From positions 34,240 to 98,239 of the IMG/VR virus record IMGVR_UViG_3300021405_000009: a stretch of 64,000 nucleotides of DNA; one strand, 5' to 3'. Positions within the stretch are counted from its first letter, which is position 1. Every line of letters begins with the position of its first letter. Below the pieces are notes generated by a model. The model was given only the letters and a program-made list of their open reading frames with translations. It did not search any database and was not told the DNA's origin. Below, piece by piece: positions 32,402 through 42,403 of the stretch. A program made the position numbers and the translations under genes. The stretch is from a virus.

Positions 32402-33047
32402 TGCCGTTCCCGTTCTCCAGCAGCAGCATCACGCGCTCTACGCCGATGGCGAAGCCGAAGCCCCGATCGTAGGGACCTCCGGCGCACACCTGCTTCTGGG
32501 CTCCCAGTTGGTCGCAGTTAATTTCAAAACCGTCGCCGGTGTAGTAGGCGTAGCGGGGTTTGACGGCGGTGTTGAGGTTGAATTTTTTAGTGAAGACGGT
32601 CATCATCCGCGTGGCTAACTCGATGAAGAGTTCGCGCTGAGCGTCGGGATTGGTCGGGTTTAGAATCTCGACGCCGAACTGCGTGAACTCATGATACCTG
32701 CCCATCTGGGGCCGTTCATTACGCCAGCATTTCGTGATATAGAACACTCTCACGTCGCGGCGAGCCTTCCAGAGCGTGCTGGCAATCAGTCTGCATGTGA
32801 TGGTTCCTTCCGGCCGCAGACAGATACTTCTGGCAGTGGACGGCTCCGGGAATGAATACATGTGACGAAGCGCTTCTTCCTCGCCCTGGTACAGCTCGGT
32901 CAGATCGAGGATGGGGAGTTGGATTTCGCGCGCCCCGAAAACTTCGGCGATGGGGGTGAGTGTATTGCATATTCTGCGGTACCTCTCGGCGTGTTCGTAT
33001 ACCAAAACGCGCGTGCCGCGCGGCGCAAGCTTCAGATGTAAGTCCAC
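32391..33047 (-). CDS. Minimal histidyl-tRNA-synthetase-like protein (class II catalytic core only)
   Basis: PRGT, motif 1 (EIQLPIL), LRPEGT, motif 2 WRNERPQMGRYHEFTQFGVE, YYTG, GGPYD, motif 3 GFAIGVER; only 218 aa, no anticodon-binding domain. Confidence 0.85.
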   Translation of the reverse strand: MDLHLKLAPRGTRVLVYEHAERYRRICNTLTPIAEVFGAREIQLPILDLTELYQGEEEALRHMYSFPEPSTARSICLRPEGTITCRLIASTLWKARRDVRVFYITKCWRNERPQMGRYHEFTQFGVEILNPTNPDAQRELFIELATRMMTVFTKKFNLNTAVKPRYAYYTGDGFEINCDQLGAQKQVCAGGPYDRGFGFAIGVERVMLLLENGNGNGR

Positions 33048-33162
33048 GTTCTACGTCCCCTTCCAGGATTTTTTGCGGTGAAGAGAAAAGCACTTGACAT
33101 GCCTCTCTATACTGACAGGTAAGATTATATTTAGCACTGTCAAGTGCTCCGGAATTTACCCG

Positions 33163-33612
33163 ATGGAACGCCATTACAAGCTCGACGACAATCACGAACT
33201 GGTGCCGTGCGATCTACTCACCTGGGCTGAATGGCTAGAGACTGCCGGAGAGAAGCGGGTGGTTGGGCAACAGGTCGTGGGCCGCTTCTGGGTCTCAACC
33301 GCCTGCCTTGGCCTCGATCACGACTTCTCGGCGATGCACCTGATCCGCGAATACGGCGGCGGCATTCCGGTTGATTTCTACCGCCCGCTGGTATTCGAGA
33401 CCATGGTCTTCATGGCCGCCATCTCAGAGATTGAAATGTCCAGCTCGAAAAAGAAGATGAAGTATCACGAGCCGCAAGGGTACCAGACCCGGTACCGCTC
33501 CTGGGATGACGCCAAAGCGGGGCACGAGCACGCCGTGAAGCTTATGACGCGGTACGACCGGATGCTAACGCACCACCAGAATGTGCTGGCCAGACTTGAA
33601 GGTGATTTGTGA
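33163..33612 (+). CDS. Conserved hypothetical phage protein
   Basis: DLLTWAEW...VSTACLGLDH...PLVFETMVF...RYRSWDDAKAGH. Confidence 0.65.
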   Translation: MERHYKLDDNHELVPCDLLTWAEWLETAGEKRVVGQQVVGRFWVSTACLGLDHDFSAMHLIREYGGGIPVDFYRPLVFETMVFMAAISEIEMSSSKKKMKYHEPQGYQTRYRSWDDAKAGHEHAVKLMTRYDRMLTHHQNVLARLEGDL

Positions 33613-34036
33613 CCAACCTCGCAGTACAAATATTTGCCGACGTTATTTTGTTCAGCGTGATCGGATTCAACATCGCCATTACGCGGAAACTCAGGCGCAG
33701 TGCGCGCGAGATGAAAGCCGAGTGCGCCGAACTGGCGCAGTTTAATCGCGACAAGTTCCCCATGATGGTTTCCGCGCTGGAGCGGCTGGCGGTGGCCGTG
33801 TGCCCACTGTGCGCGTTGGCGGCCGGAGAAGGTCGCGGAGAATGCGAGGGCGAGGCCATGGCCGCCGACGCCGAGATCGATGGCCACCACGCGGTCTATG
33901 TGCGGGGCGGGTGCGGCACGACGCCCTGCCGGGCAGCAAGCATTCGCGCCGACGCCCGTAGGCTCTTCGCGGAAGCGTTTGGGGAAGGCGAGGACTTCAC
34001 TATCGTGGGCGCGCCCGTGAAAGAGGGTGAACCGTC

Positions 34037-34468
34037 ATGAAGCAGATTCACGGCAATCTTTGGAGCTGGTACGGGAAGCCCTCCATCATCGTGCTCATCA
34101 CCACCAATGGGATCGTGACTGCGGGCGGGCGGGCCATCATGGGGCGAGGCTGCGCGGAAGAGGCCAAGCTGCGGTTCAAGGACATCGACCTTGAGCTGGG
34201 CCGCAACATCCGCATCCACGGCAACCAGATGTACTCGCTGGGCGGCGGCCTGATCTGGAGTTTTCCGGTGAAGCGTGACTGGCGCGACCAGGCTGACCTC
34301 GGGCTGATCGGCGAGTCGGCCAGCCAGCTCGAAGCCATGGCGCTGAAGCGCGCCGAGGAACATTTCATCCTGCCCCGGCCAGGCTGCGGCAATGGCGGAC
34401 GAACCTGGGATGAAGTTGAGCCGGTGATCGACTTCCTGCCTGACAACGTGCTGGTCATTTCCAAGTGA
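34037..34468 (+). CDS. Macro-domain (ADP-ribose-binding/hydrolase-like) protein
   Basis: ITTNG...MGRGCA...FPVKRDW...LPRPGCGNGGRTWDEV. Confidence 0.75.
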   Translation: MKQIHGNLWSWYGKPSIIVLITTNGIVTAGGRAIMGRGCAEEAKLRFKDIDLELGRNIRIHGNQMYSLGGGLIWSFPVKRDWRDQADLGLIGESASQLEAMALKRAEEHFILPRPGCGNGGRTWDEVEPVIDFLPDNVLVISK

Positions 34469-34746
34469 GGCCGGAGATTAGCAGCGGCTTCGCGCGTGCC
34501 CGGCGAGCCGCGAAACGCTTCCACATCTGCACCCGCTGCCTCACCAAGAAAGCCGAGAGAAAAGGGAAGCGATGGTTGACCAAGTGCAGCGATTGTAATC
34601 AGCACGAGCGAGACACCGCGCCCGCGCGCCTGCGAAAAAAATATAAGGAATCCGATGCAGCCGGGCTGTGCGTGCGCTGCAATAAAAACGCGCAGCAGGA
34701 CACTAATAAGCGGTGCGAGCCCTGCGAAGCGAACCACCAGAAAATA

Positions 34747-34771
34747 AAAAAGGCGTCCCGAAAGGACGCCT
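34747..34771. terminator. Hairpin between convergent genes (likely minus-strand or bidirectional terminator)
   Basis: AAAA-AGGCGTCC-cgaaa-GGACGCCT. Confidence 0.55.
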
Positions 34772-34792
34772 GAAAAGCAACAGGGGTAAGAG

Positions 34793-35473
34793 TTAAAACT
34801 CGGCCGTACCGCGCCGCGTTCTGGGGGCGCGAGGGATCTCCACGGGGACGAACTTCTCCGGCTTCAAATCGAAGTACTGCATGGTGACGCCAATCAAGCG
34901 ACGCGCGAACTTGGTCCGCGTACCCGGATGCGGAGGCAAGCGCTTGTCGATGGCCTTAAGCAGGCGGCAGCATTCCAGAAGCGCCTCCTCCGGGCTTTTC
35001 GGCAAGCTGTGGGCCAGCGTCCCGGTCATGCGCTTGGGCCTGCGGGCCACGATCTGTTCCACCCACGTGGCATAGGTTTCCGGCGTGCCACTCTTGGGGG
35101 GCGGGAACTCCGCAATGGGCCTGGTCCATTCTCCCAGGTTGCCCTGTTTGGGGCTGGGGGTGATGGTCAGCCGACGATTCATCATGGCCACAACCGCAGC
35201 CGCAGGCAGTTCCTTGGTGGCATTCCGGTACCCGTACATATACCCGTAGGCGGTCCGCAGCACCAGACCCAGAGCGGTGAGGGCTTTAAGGAAATAGCCA
35301 TACGGGTGCAGGATGGTGTGCAACTCGGCGACGCGCTTGCCGATGTACAGCGGGTTCGGCGGGTTGACGGAGGCAATTTCCTTTAGATTGCGCTGCACCA
35401 TCCGGTAATTGTCGTCATTCAGAAAGTCCAAACTGCTGCGGTCAAATCCTTCAAATCCTTCGCGTTCGATCAA
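34793..35473 (-). CDS. Hypothetical protein divergent from the RHH gene
   Basis: GAGGAG RBS then TTG; 226 aa. Confidence 0.55.
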   Translation of the reverse strand: MIEREGFEGFDRSSLDFLNDDNYRMVQRNLKEIASVNPPNPLYIGKRVAELHTILHPYGYFLKALTALGLVLRTAYGYMYGYRNATKELPAAAVVAMMNRRLTITPSPKQGNLGEWTRPIAEFPPPKSGTPETYATWVEQIVARRPKRMTGTLAHSLPKSPEEALLECCRLLKAIDKRLPPHPGTRTKFARRLIGVTMQYFDLKPEKFVPVEIPRAPRTRRGTAEF

Positions 35474-35674
35474 GGTTGGCTCCTCTTGGTTTCGCTGGCT
35501 GCGTGCGTTACTACCGAGAGATTAGCAAACGTTGCCAGTTGGCGTCAAGCGGAAATACTCGCTGCATCCTGCTACAGGTTGCATCGCTATTTCTGGAATT
35601 TCAATGTTTTCACTTGCAACGGATGCCAATAAAAGCCTAGTCTCTGTCTTGTTGGCGAGAGGCAGGCAGTAACC

Positions 35675-35872
35675 TTGGCAACACAGAAAGACACGCGAGC
35701 GTTAATCCGCGTCGATCGCGGGCAGGCCGACGAGATCGACAGCTACTGCAAAATCACCGGAGTCACCAGGGCCAACGCAATTCGTCAAGCCATCGCCCTG
35801 TGGCTCACCGAGGCAAAACCACAACGCCTGGCCGCCTTCGCAGGCAAACGCAAACCAAAGGCTGAGGAATGA
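35675..35872 (+). CDS. Ribbon-helix-helix (CopG/Arc-like) regulator
   Basis: ALIRVDRGQADEIDSYCKITGVTRANAIRQAI; preceded by a TTGCAACGGATGCCAA operator at 35614. Confidence 0.65.
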   Translation: MATQKDTRALIRVDRGQADEIDSYCKITGVTRANAIRQAIALWLTEAKPQRLAAFAGKRKPKAEE

Positions 35873-36241
35873 AAACCAAGAAGCGCACGGCACCGACGCA
35901 AGGCGTGAACGGCCGGATGCACGCCGTGCTGCATCGCAAGACCAAACGCCAGCACTGGCTGGCCAACCTGATCCGGAAGATCAAGAGATAAAACGACACC
36001 GTCCGCCCACCCGGCAAGCGTTTGGGTAGACAGTCTCCGGGGGGATCGTCGCTGCCCCCAGTCAGCGCCCCCCGGAGCCCTCCAATTTCGAGGACGCAAA
36101 TGAAGATCGAAGAACTCGCAAACGACATCGACCGCCGTCACGCCACTCGCGCCGAGAGCGCGCCCAGCGTATCCGCCAGCCGACCAACCTTCAACGCGAT
36201 CAGGATTGAGCGCAAGATGTGGACCTACAGAGAGGCACGCG

Positions 36242-36526
36242 ATGAATTCTATGATACCGACCGGCGCAGTCCAATTGCGCAGCCAGCTTCGTAGCCTGGC
36301 GCGTCACTGCATCCGGAATTCGGTCGGCTTCCATCTAGCGAGGCAGTGGTTCAGGCGGGCTTTGCTGGAGGAGCTGCTAGAGGTCCACGGCAACAACCAA
36401 GTGGTCATCGCCGAGATGATTGGGATGCACCGCAACACCGTGGGCCGCTTTATGCGCGATCACCACCTGGAACCGGGCAAAGCGCGGCGAAGGGGCCAGG
36501 AACCGAGAGAAAGGAGGACCCATTGA
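36242..36526 (+). CDS. Fis-family HTH protein
   Basis: LEELLEVHGNNQVVIAEMIGMHRNTV. Confidence 0.65.
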   Translation: MNSMIPTGAVQLRSQLRSLARHCIRNSVGFHLARQWFRRALLEELLEVHGNNQVVIAEMIGMHRNTVGRFMRDHHLEPGKARRRGQEPRERRTH

Positions 36527-36673
36527 CAAACCTCATCTGTGCGTTGGCGATTGTATGCTCTATCACGATTCCCCACCCGCATTTGATTGGCCGCGCCTCG
36601 TAGGCACCGTAGCGAGGGCGGAGCGGTAACCACGGTGCGGCAAGGTCGCGCGGAACAAAAGGAGGTCACTCGG

Positions 36674-36994
36674 ATGAAAACGTTTTTCGCCGCGCTCGCA
36701 ATCGTCAGCGCAGCGCTTGCCATGCCAGCCGGGCAGCAAGATCATCCATGCGGAGACGGATATGTCCGCGCCTGGGAAGATGGCAGGTATGTGTGCGATC
36801 CAGAGGAAAAGACCGTGGCCGTCTTCGAGGCCGACTGTATCGATAAAGTTGAGGTGACGAAGGGCTCTCGGATATATATGACCATCGGCTGGGACGGGAA
36901 ACCAGACAAGAACGATTGGCGCAGCGAGCACCTTCAACTCACGATCAAAGACAACTGCCAGCCGCATTACGAGAAAGTGAAGGTACACCAATGA
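36674..36994 (+). CDS. Secreted hypothetical protein
   Basis: GGAGG RBS; signal peptide MKTFFAALAIVSAALA. Confidence 0.6.
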   Translation: MKTFFAALAIVSAALAMPAGQQDHPCGDGYVRAWEDGRYVCDPEEKTVAVFEADCIDKVEVTKGSRIYMTIGWDGKPDKNDWRSEHLQLTIKDNCQPHYEKVKVHQ

Positions 36995-39702
36995 AACGCC
37001 TGCATAAACTCGCGATGGTCGTGGTGGCGCGGGTGCTAGAGCTGCTGCGGGATTACGATCGGCAATGCTATATCTGCTGGGTGCCGATCACTGACCTGGC
37101 TGGGAGGGCCTACGATCACCATCTCTGCAGTGAGTGCCACGCCTCGACTCGTAAGCTAGCGAAGCGCCGCCGCAAGGAGTGGCGGCAGCGCGCAAAAAGA
37201 TTGGCAAGGGTGTCCGGCACAGCTCCGGCCCCGGTAGACAGCGGAGTTGGGCCGTAGCCAAGCACCCAACCTGAGCCTTCGGCGAGCAGAAGCCATAGCT
37301 ATACGCCGACGTGGCGGGCAACGGTCCCGCCGTTTCACTTGACATCATTGGTTACAATATACTGATGCCAAGGCGTAATCCATTCGACAATCCAGACGCT
37401 AAGAAGTGGCTCGCTGATGTCGAACAAGACATGCTGCCAAAACTGGAAGGCTCAGCGTTTATGATGGCCGTGTTTGATGGCAAAGTGACAGCCGAGTTCG
37501 CAGTGCAGATCGGCGCGGCGATCATGCTCGACAAGCCAATCGTGTTGCTGGCGCTGGAAGGCGCGAGCATTTCGCCAAAACTCGAACAGGTAGCGGATGC
37601 GATTGTGCGCGGCGATCCTAAGCTCGACCCAGTCAAGAAGCGCCTCACCGAGGCAATTCAGCTCGCGCTCTTGAAGCGCGGAATTTCCACATGACCGCAG
37701 CGCACGCACTTCCACCAGCGCCCCAGGCGTTCCCACTTATGCTTGAGTAGCAGACAGACCAGGAAGCGCACTCACTTGGGCCAATAGCAGACGCCAGACT
37801 TATCGCAGTCGGTCGGGCAGGGCGGGGTGCCGTCGTAGTAGACGCCGTTGATGTAATGCGAACAACTGTGCCCATGAAGAGCCAGGCCCACGCTCACTCC
37901 TACCACCGAGCCGACGATGAGCGCGGTGGCCTTCGGATGCCGGTGGATGGTGGCACAGCCGCCGAGCGGCGCGATGAGCAAGAGGGCGACGAGCTTTCGC
38001 AATAGAGAGTTCATTTGCCCCCACACGTGCCGCAAACGCTGGAAAGGGGAACGGGGATGTTGGCCTCAATCCACTCGGCAGCGGCTTCGGCCGCGCCATC
38101 GCGCGTAGGCGCGCAAACGACATGGCCCTTCGCGGTCAGGCAGGTATCACCAGTGTGTTCCAAGTTCTCGCACGCGTTCATCGAACGCGACTTAAGCGCG
38201 TCCATCAGGTGCCGGTAGCCTTGCTCGGAAGCGGGCGTCATTATTGTCCAGTTGCCCGGCACCGGCGAGCCTGTGGATGGTTTATGAACTGGCCCCCGCG
38301 CAAGTGAGATCGCCATGCACGCTACAAGGCATAGTACGACCACGATAGCAATAACTTTCATTGGTTATTCCTTGTCACAAAACTCCCCGATTCAGGGGGT
38401 TTTGATGAAATGTTTGAGGCGGACTTTCCTCCGCCCAATTTCCTTCTGGGCACGCACAAACTCCGAGCGAAAATTGGTCATGATCTCGATCACCTTGTCG
38501 ATCTTTTTCAAGCCATCGGCATCAGACGAGAAATACCAGTTGATCTTCCGGTTGCAGTCTGACAGGTCCATATTGGCCGAGAAACGGCGGCGGCGAGAGT
38601 TTAAGCGCGAGACAATGGCGTAGGCCACGATCGATTCGCACCCGCCAGGATCGATATAGTCGGCCCGAGAGGTGTGGACCTTAAGGGTGCGTTTCATTGG
38701 TCACCTCCTACTGGCCCGAGCGGGATCGCCGTGGTATGGCTTCCCAGCATAATCACGCGGCGCGCGATCCGCGCCGCAGCCTGTACGCGTTCTTCGTAGA
38801 TGTCAACCTTGATCTCGGCCGGGTAGTAACTCCCGACCGGGCCGCCTAGCAGGTGCGAGATTTCAATCAAAGCTTCGACGGCGATGTTCATGACACCGCC
38901 TGGTCGGCAGAGATATAACGCACCCTTACCCCCCTAAAGACGCCAGGATGGCCAGGGTGATTATTCTCAGCCCACTTCAATCCCAGCGCACTGAATGCGT
39001 TCTTGGCGTGCCAGATGAAATGCGTCGGAGCCAGCTCCTCCACCATCTTCCGAACCTCAACAGCTCGGTCTTCATCAGGGCCAATCACCAGGCTGTCGGT
39101 CTTTAAGCCAATGGCGTGACGGATCACGGCGGTAGTCGAGCACTTCAGCGCTTCCATGCGGTCGTCCTCATCAGGACCACGCAGGGCCGAGAGCACGTTC
39201 CATAAAGCGCTAGTGGCAACGTCGTCGCCATACCCGTAGTTCAGGAACTCAACGATGCGATCCAGTTCGGCTTTCCAGTCGCGGGGAGGTTTCGCCTCTT
39301 TATACATATCGCTAAACGTTGCGGACATGGGTCTGTCTCCTATCGGGGATCTCCCGAATCATTAGTCCGGTGTCGGTGCGGCCCTGCCAGTGTCCCTTGG
39401 GGCAGCGCCAGAATTCCCCGTCGCTGACCAGCATCAGGTCGCAGTCCTCGCCGAGGTTCATCGCTTGCACGTTACAGATCAACTCTTTCGGGATGGGTAC
39501 TTCTTCAACGGACATAGTTAGTCACTGAACTTCGAATGCGCCGCTTGCCATGCCAAGGCATCGCAGTAATACGACTGCCGCCCATCGGCAACGCATTGCT
39601 GATAAATCTTGTCGTGATACGCCTGCTCTTGTTTGACCGAGTAACTTGCGAACAGGCCGATGGTCCACAGAATCAGCGCAATCCAAACTACGAAGCGAAA
39701 CA

Positions 39703-39921
39703 TTACGCGTTGTCCTTTTCGAGGAACGAATTCGACACGATCTTCAACTGCACGCGGCCGAGGCCACGCTCGTGGCGCTCAATCAGCGGCTCGATCACTA
39801 CACCCTCGCGGATGTTGGTTGCGCCCGCCACCATCGACTTACCTTCCGCCAGAGCCTTCACCATGGCCGAATCGAACGGGCCGATATGTAGAACGGGAAC
39901 TACTTCGATGCCGTCAGACAT
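39703..39921 (-). CDS. C-terminal part of the RNA ligase (motifs IV and V), in a different frame
   Basis: GIEVVPVLHIGPF...IREGVVIEP...GRVQLKIVS; has its own GGAGGA and ATG at 39921. Confidence 0.7.
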   Translation of the reverse strand: MSDGIEVVPVLHIGPFDSAMVKALAEGKSMVAGATNIREGVVIEPLIERHERGLGRVQLKIVSNSFLEKDNA

Positions 39922-40997
39922 TCGAGCTTCTCCTCCAGAGGGGCGGAGCGAATGCGGCCCACTAACATCGGGTCCACTTCTTCCTGCCACAGATTGTTAA
40001 TGTTGACGGTGGTCATCTTCGGCGCCCAGCCGTGCGGGCCGAGAATATCGAAGAGGAAGAACCGCACCTTGCCCGGCTCAGCGCCGTAGCGGAACTTGTC
40101 GCCCTGGGTTGGCACCACTTCGCCATAGAGCGTGTAGCCAGGATGTTCGCGGCACCACTGCTCGATGGCGGGATTCTGTTCGAGCGCATCGCGCCACACA
40201 CACTTCGCGCCGGGGCTCTTCCACATGGTGCGCGAGCCCACATACATCACGCCGTCTTCGAAGGTGTAGCGGGCGTTCGAGCCGTGGATCTTCTCGGTCA
40301 CGATTACCTGCTCGCCTTCGTGCAGCGCGTGTGGATAATTCTTGAAGCCTTCCACGTCATAGACGCGGCGGTCTTCCTTGGGACCGCGCTGGCTATGGCC
40401 GCCAGTGTTCCCGTTCGGGCGAAAGCCCAGCAACTCCAGCAGCCAGTACCACCAGCCCATCAGCGAACGAGGCCAGCCGGTGCGCTGCTGGCGCGCCTGC
40501 CGAGTGTCGAGACTCTGGGGCTCGGGCGGCTGATAGTGCGAGATGCCCATGGCGGTAGAAAGGTCATCGCCTTCCTTGGGGCTGCGAACGGTCGAAGCAT
40601 CATAGATGCGCACCCAGTTCGGGATCTGAACCAGCAAACCTTCCGACCATTCCTTGCGAAACTTGCGCGGGATCACACGCCGGTGCTTGACGGGGATGTC
40701 GTCGTTCTCGGTAAAACCCTTACCAGCCCACATGAAGGCGAATTGCTCGGAGTTCGGCACCACGCTGTCGGGCTGTACATAAACAGCCAGGTCGCCGACT
40801 TCGAACTCACCCAGCTTCACAACGATCTGGTAGCCGTCCACCTGCACAATGCCCAGGGTGTCGGCGTTGGGGTGTTTCAGAATCTCCGCAATGCGGACAA
40901 CGGGGGCCTGGTGACTTTTTTTCTTCGTCTCTTTGTCCTGGTCGCGATCCAGCTCTGGGATCTTGCCGTAAAGGCCGTCAATGGCAACGCTGCTCAT
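39900..40997 (-). CDS. ATP-dependent RNA ligase, DRB0094/Rnl2-like (N-terminal and central part)
   Basis: N-terminal OB domain (HPNADTL...GDLAVY..PDSVVP), motif I TEKIHGSN, GSR, YGEV, FFLFDI; motifs IV and V are missing from this frame. Confidence 0.85.
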   Translation of the reverse strand: MSSVAIDGLYGKIPELDRDQDKETKKKSHQAPVVRIAEILKHPNADTLGIVQVDGYQIVVKLGEFEVGDLAVYVQPDSVVPNSEQFAFMWAGKGFTENDDIPVKHRRVIPRKFRKEWSEGLLVQIPNWVRIYDASTVRSPKEGDDLSTAMGISHYQPPEPQSLDTRQARQQRTGWPRSLMGWWYWLLELLGFRPNGNTGGHSQRGPKEDRRVYDVEGFKNYPHALHEGEQVIVTEKIHGSNARYTFEDGVMYVGSRTMWKSPGAKCVWRDALEQNPAIEQWCREHPGYTLYGEVVPTQGDKFRYGAEPGKVRFFLFDILGPHGWAPKMTTVNINNLWQEEVDPMLVGRIRSAPLEEKLECLTASK

Positions 40998-41164
40998 GCC
41001 TTACTCTCCAAACTCGATCGCGGCGTCGATGCCCTCTTCAAAAGCGTCGCTGAACGTGCCCAGCACAAATCCGACCACAAAGCAGAGGGTCACTGGAACG
41101 ATCAGAAGAACCATGACCGGAATGCGGTAAACGTCGCGCCAGGGAAGCGCCTCATCGTTTAAGT

Positions 41165-41572
41165 TCATTTCTTTCTTCCTCTCAGTTGCCGGTCGAGTCC
41201 AACCAGCAGTTCGGAGTTCACGTTGATGACTTGCTCCTCGACCGTGTCTCCGGCTGGGTCCGGGCCTTTGATGGCGTCGCGCATCCCGCACATCTGAACG
41301 TGCAACAGCTCATGCACGATGGTGGACTCAATCTCGTCGCGACCGTCTTCGTCGGCGTAGTCGTCGGGATGAAGGATCAGGATGGTGGCCCGCAGGTGGT
41401 TGTCGTTCAACATGCAGCGCCCCCAGGAGATGGTCCCATCGTCCGGGATCAGCATCTCGCGCGAGCGGGCGTAGCGAATCTTGATGTGCCATTGCTGCAG
41501 GCGAAGCAACTTCTGCCAGCGCTCCAACAGGCGGCGCAGGTCCGCTTCGCTCGGGGGTGACGTTTTCTGCAT
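41165..41572 (-). CDS. Zincin-type metallopeptidase-like protein
   Basis: ESTIVHELLHV (HExxH) with a downstream EE. Confidence 0.65.
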   Translation of the reverse strand: MQKTSPPSEADLRRLLERWQKLLRLQQWHIKIRYARSREMLIPDDGTISWGRCMLNDNHLRATILILHPDDYADEDGRDEIESTIVHELLHVQMCGMRDAIKGPDPAGDTVEEQVINVNSELLVGLDRQLRGRKK

Positions 41573-41578
41573 GTAAAG

Positions 41579-41640
41579 ATTATACCAGATACCGTGGACA
41601 GAATGCAAGCTTGCAACAGATGCCAATGATCTGGTATAAT
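41579..41640. promoter_or_regulatory. Back-to-back divergent promoters
   Basis: Plus: TTGCAA-18-TATAAT (41611-41640); minus: TTGCAT-18-TATAAT (41608-41579); centred on the palindrome TGCAAGCTTGCA. Confidence 0.75.
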
Positions 41641-41647
41641 ATTTGCA

Positions 41648-42403
41648 GTGGAGAACTCGATGCACGAAGCAGGAACCCCCGAACAGATCACCGCACTATA
41701 CGCAGCTCTCAGCCTGGCCCAGGCGGAATTCCCCAAGATCGAAAAGACCAAGAGCGCCTACAACTACAAGTACGCCCCCATGGACGAGATCGAACTCAAG
41801 ATCCGTCCCGTCCTCATCAAGCACGGCCTGGCCGTCTTCCACCCCATCAACCACGTCGGCGAGAGTGGCAAGCAAGCCGTGGGAGCGCTCATCGTCCATG
41901 CGCTGGGCGGCCGGTTCTGGTGCGATGGGCTCATCATCCAGGAAAGCGCCAAGCCGCAGGACCAGGGCGGGCATATCACTTACGGCCGACGCTATGTCTA
42001 TTGCTCCATGCTCGGCATCACCTCGCAGGACGACGACGAGTCAGTCCTTGCGAAAAGCCCTCGTCGCAGCACCGTGACGAGGCGGGACGGCGTAGCTCAA
42101 GATGGTCGAGCGCCGATCGCTGGACGTAGTTCGGTGCCCCCAGCGCCAGTCGGAGATTCCGGTTCGATTCCGGACCCGTCCCTACCCACTAAACAAGAGC
42201 GCATTGAGTATGTCGCGCGCCTGGGCAACTACCGCAAACAGGTCACCGACGATGCGCTGCGGGCATTCCTTCTGCGCGAGTCGGGCGCATCCGAGACGCG
42301 GCTGATCGCGAAGAAAGACTGGCTCAAGCTACTCACGCAACTCGACGACGCCCTGGCGAAGGGCAAGCTTCTGGAGGCCGTCAGTGAAAATTTCAACCGC
42401 TAG
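41648..42403 (+). CDS. ERF-family single-strand annealing protein
   Basis: ALSLAQAEF...YKYAPMDEI...KHGL...PQDQGGHITYGRRYVYCSMLGI..DDDE. Confidence 0.85.
   Translation: MENSMHEAGTPEQITALYAALSLAQAEFPKIEKTKSAYNYKYAPMDEIELKIRPVLIKHGLAVFHPINHVGESGKQAVGALIVHALGGRFWCDGLIIQESAKPQDQGGHITYGRRYVYCSMLGITSQDDDESVLAKSPRRSTVTRRDGVAQDGRAPIAGRSSVPPAPVGDSGSIPDPSLPTKQERIEYVARLGNYRKQVTDDALRAFLLRESGASETRLIAKKDWLKLLTQLDDALAKGKLLEAVSENFNR
42084..42182 (+). other. tRNA-like cloverleaf embedded in-frame in the ERF gene
   Basis: GGGACGG(C)G-TA-GCTC AAGATGGTC GAGC-G-CCGAT[31-nt insert with CGCTGG/CCAGCG stem]GTCGG-AGAT-TCCGG TTCGATT CCGGA-CCCGTCCC. Confidence 0.7.

Noticed and set aside
37248-37300. tRNA-like start GGGCCGTAGCCAAGC
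   Set aside because: No D-stem closure, T arm or acceptor complement follows
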